A stretch of 64,000 bases of DNA. Source: Utricularia gibba. Lineage: Eukaryota > Plantae > Magnoliophyta. The translations under genes and the position numbers were made by a program. Shown in pieces: positions 61,595 to 64,000 of the stretch. The notes under the pieces were generated by a model. It searched no databases, was not told where the DNA came from, and saw only the letters and a list, made by a program, of their open reading frames with translations. Position 1 is the stretch's first letter; each line of letters opens with the position of its first letter. The stretch is from contig NEEC01000004.1 of NCBI GenBank assembly GCA_002189035.1, positions 2,976,001 through 3,040,000 of the forward strand, read 5' to 3'.

Positions 61595-64000
61595 GATGAT
61601 GTTGTAAATTCTGGAATTGCAAGGATCAATGTTAATGAGAAAGATTAATATGTATTAAAAAGTATTCTGCAATAAAAAAGATACATGATTGAGGTTATTT
61701 GCTTAAATTGGAAGTAAGTGTTTTAGTTCATATTTTTACTAATTAACTTAACTTCATAATGGCACTTCAAAACATTCATGGTGTTGATGAGTGACAGCAT
61801 ATACCAACATCGAGGCCAAGTAGTTGTTAGGCTATTGTGCATGAACAAGTTCTTCCACAAGACAATGATGTAAATCAACAAGAGGTAAATATAATAGTAA
61901 TAATATTTAATTCTTTTATTTTTTTGAAGTAAAAATGTTTGTATATATATAATTTTTTTTTTTTTGTAGGATATTTGTGAACAAGAAAATGAAGATGACA
62001 AGGTTGATATACATGTTAATGAGCAACTTGAGGTTGTGCAGAAACATAACAAAAAACTCATTATGAACCAATATGAAAATATTTACTAAATAAAAAATCA
62101 AGTTATAAAAATGAAACTTATTTTTACTAATACACATTAAACTTGTTTATTCTATATTTTTTAATTCATTTTTTTTTGTTTTAGATGACCTAACTCATGT
62201 TTGAGATTCAATCACACAAAATGAAATTGGAGTATTTGCTATTAGAACAATCGAAATACGGTGGAATTGAGGTGCAAAAATGAACAATTGATTGCCAAAC
62301 AAAAAGAATACATCAACCGTCAAGTAGAAATATTAAAATTATTAGAAAAAATAGAGATGCTAGAAGAAGAATTATAAGTTTCTCAATTGCAAGTTCAATG
62401 GTATGAAATGATATTACAATTAGTGGTCAACAAAGAGATATGCGCTATACAAGTACATCTACAATCAAAGGCAATGAAAAAGGTAGAGTCACATCCAAGA
62501 AAAAAGGAAAATGAAATTAGATATCAATAATATTATTTTTTAGAAATATCGACTTATTTTATAATATTATATTCGAATCACAACAATTTGATTATTTCAT
62601 AGGTTCCACCTATTAAAAATTATTCTGCAACATTTTTTGTGAAACAATCTTTCAAAATCTTATAATGCATAGCTGCCATCTCTAATTTTTTGATAAGTAA
62701 ACAATGTTTTTTCCAAAAAAATTGAAAATAAAAGACACCCCTACAAATTTAGAAGGACAAAACAAGAATATTTATCTTTTTTTTTTCTGTAAAATTGACT
62801 TATTGTGTAGCATTATGTTGGACTTTAACTAAATTGACTCATTTTGTAGATTGTTAATATTAAATTGTTTTGTATCATTTTTTTTATAAAATTGCACTGC
62901 GAAATCATTTATTCATAGGTCATGTATCCAATTTTTAACAACTAAATGATTTTTTTCAAAAAAATTTAAAAATTAAAAAAAACAATCATACAACTTTCTA
63001 TTTCTACAAACTCATTTAATTGTAATTTTTAATTTAGTAGTTTCTGAATTCAATTTTTCTTTAAAATGAATAAATTTTTAATTATTATTAATATATTTAA
63101 AATATTTAAAATTATATTATAAATTGTAAATAAGTAAAAAATAATATATAAAAAGTGATTGATTTTCGCATGCAAATCATTTAAGTAAATTTTCTTTTGT
63201 TTTGAATAAACTTAACCATTTATAATATGTTTTCAATTATTTCATATTGTATTATAAATTATAAATAAATAATTGGAATAATAATTAAACATTATAGTTT
63301 TCTTTATTGAAGTGATTATATCTCAAAGAAAATAGTTTTAATATAATTAATGTTTTAAATTTTTTAATTATATAAAAATCACATTATTAAAATAATTCAA
63401 ATATAATAACAAAATAAAATAGATGAATCAAAGCAATGATTGTTTTAATTATTTTGACATGTAGTATTTTATAAATAATATTTATTTTATTGTTATTTAT
63501 TACAAATGTAACTTTTAAGTTATTTCATAAAAAAAGCTCAAAACATTACTCTCTTTTAATTCTCATACTAACAGTTACTTTTTCCTTCATTTCTTTTTAT
63601 CTTTGTTATGTTATTTGTTTTTATCATGCATGTAAACAATCTAATCATCTAATCATTACTATCAATTTCGACATGTCATCTCATGAATAATATACTATTT
63701 ATCCAAATTAATGTTGCATGCATCATAAATCTTGTTGGCATATATTTTATATTTCGTCCTTTTGTGCCTATATTTATTATTAGGATATATATGTACAGGT
63801 GTATAGATTCATCTATTCACATATTTAGGTGCGTCAATTTATGATTTAAAAATTATAGATATGTTAATAATTTCAATTATAATATTGACATTATTCTAAA
63901 TTATTTTTAAAATATAGTAAAATTAATGAAACAAATATTGCAATGAATATGTATATTTTCTCCTGAGATAAATCCAATCGGAATTTGGAAACAAATTTTC

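Noticed and set aside
61950-62520. Exon-like, coiled-coil-coding patches in AT-rich sequence
   Set aside because: Interrupted by stop codons, with no identifiable family; may be transposon accessory-gene debris.

Overview
Plant (eudicot-type) heterochromatin, probably pericentromeric or centromere-proximal. Most of the window is nested LTR retrotransposons and their debris. It holds one young full-length CRM-clade Ty3/gypsy element (16585-23234: two 586-bp LTRs, TCATC TSD, single gag-pol ORF running into the 3' LTR) and several older broken CRM copies. There are three decayed copies of an Ivana-like Ty1/copia family, one Ale-like copia whose primer-binding site matches tRNA-Phe, six Angela-like LTR remnants, at least six Athila-like solo LTRs, a deleted Athila derivative, a Tat/Retand-like solo LTR and small DNA-transposon remnants. 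The only recognisable host gene is an E-class PLS pentatricopeptide-repeat gene (minus strand, 40949-42912, At4g16470-like). Its first coding exon is a transit-peptide-like sequence plus a thymidine-kinase N-terminus (GPMFAGKTS P-loop) that splices in frame onto the PPR exon, i.e. an apparent TK-PPR chimera. Other notable items are a 54-bp plant telomere tract at an inversion breakpoint inside a solo LTR, and conserved hairpins in the CRM LTRs. Everything was read by eye. Lineage names rest on remembered motifs, not database searches. Fragment boundaries without a TSD are approximate.
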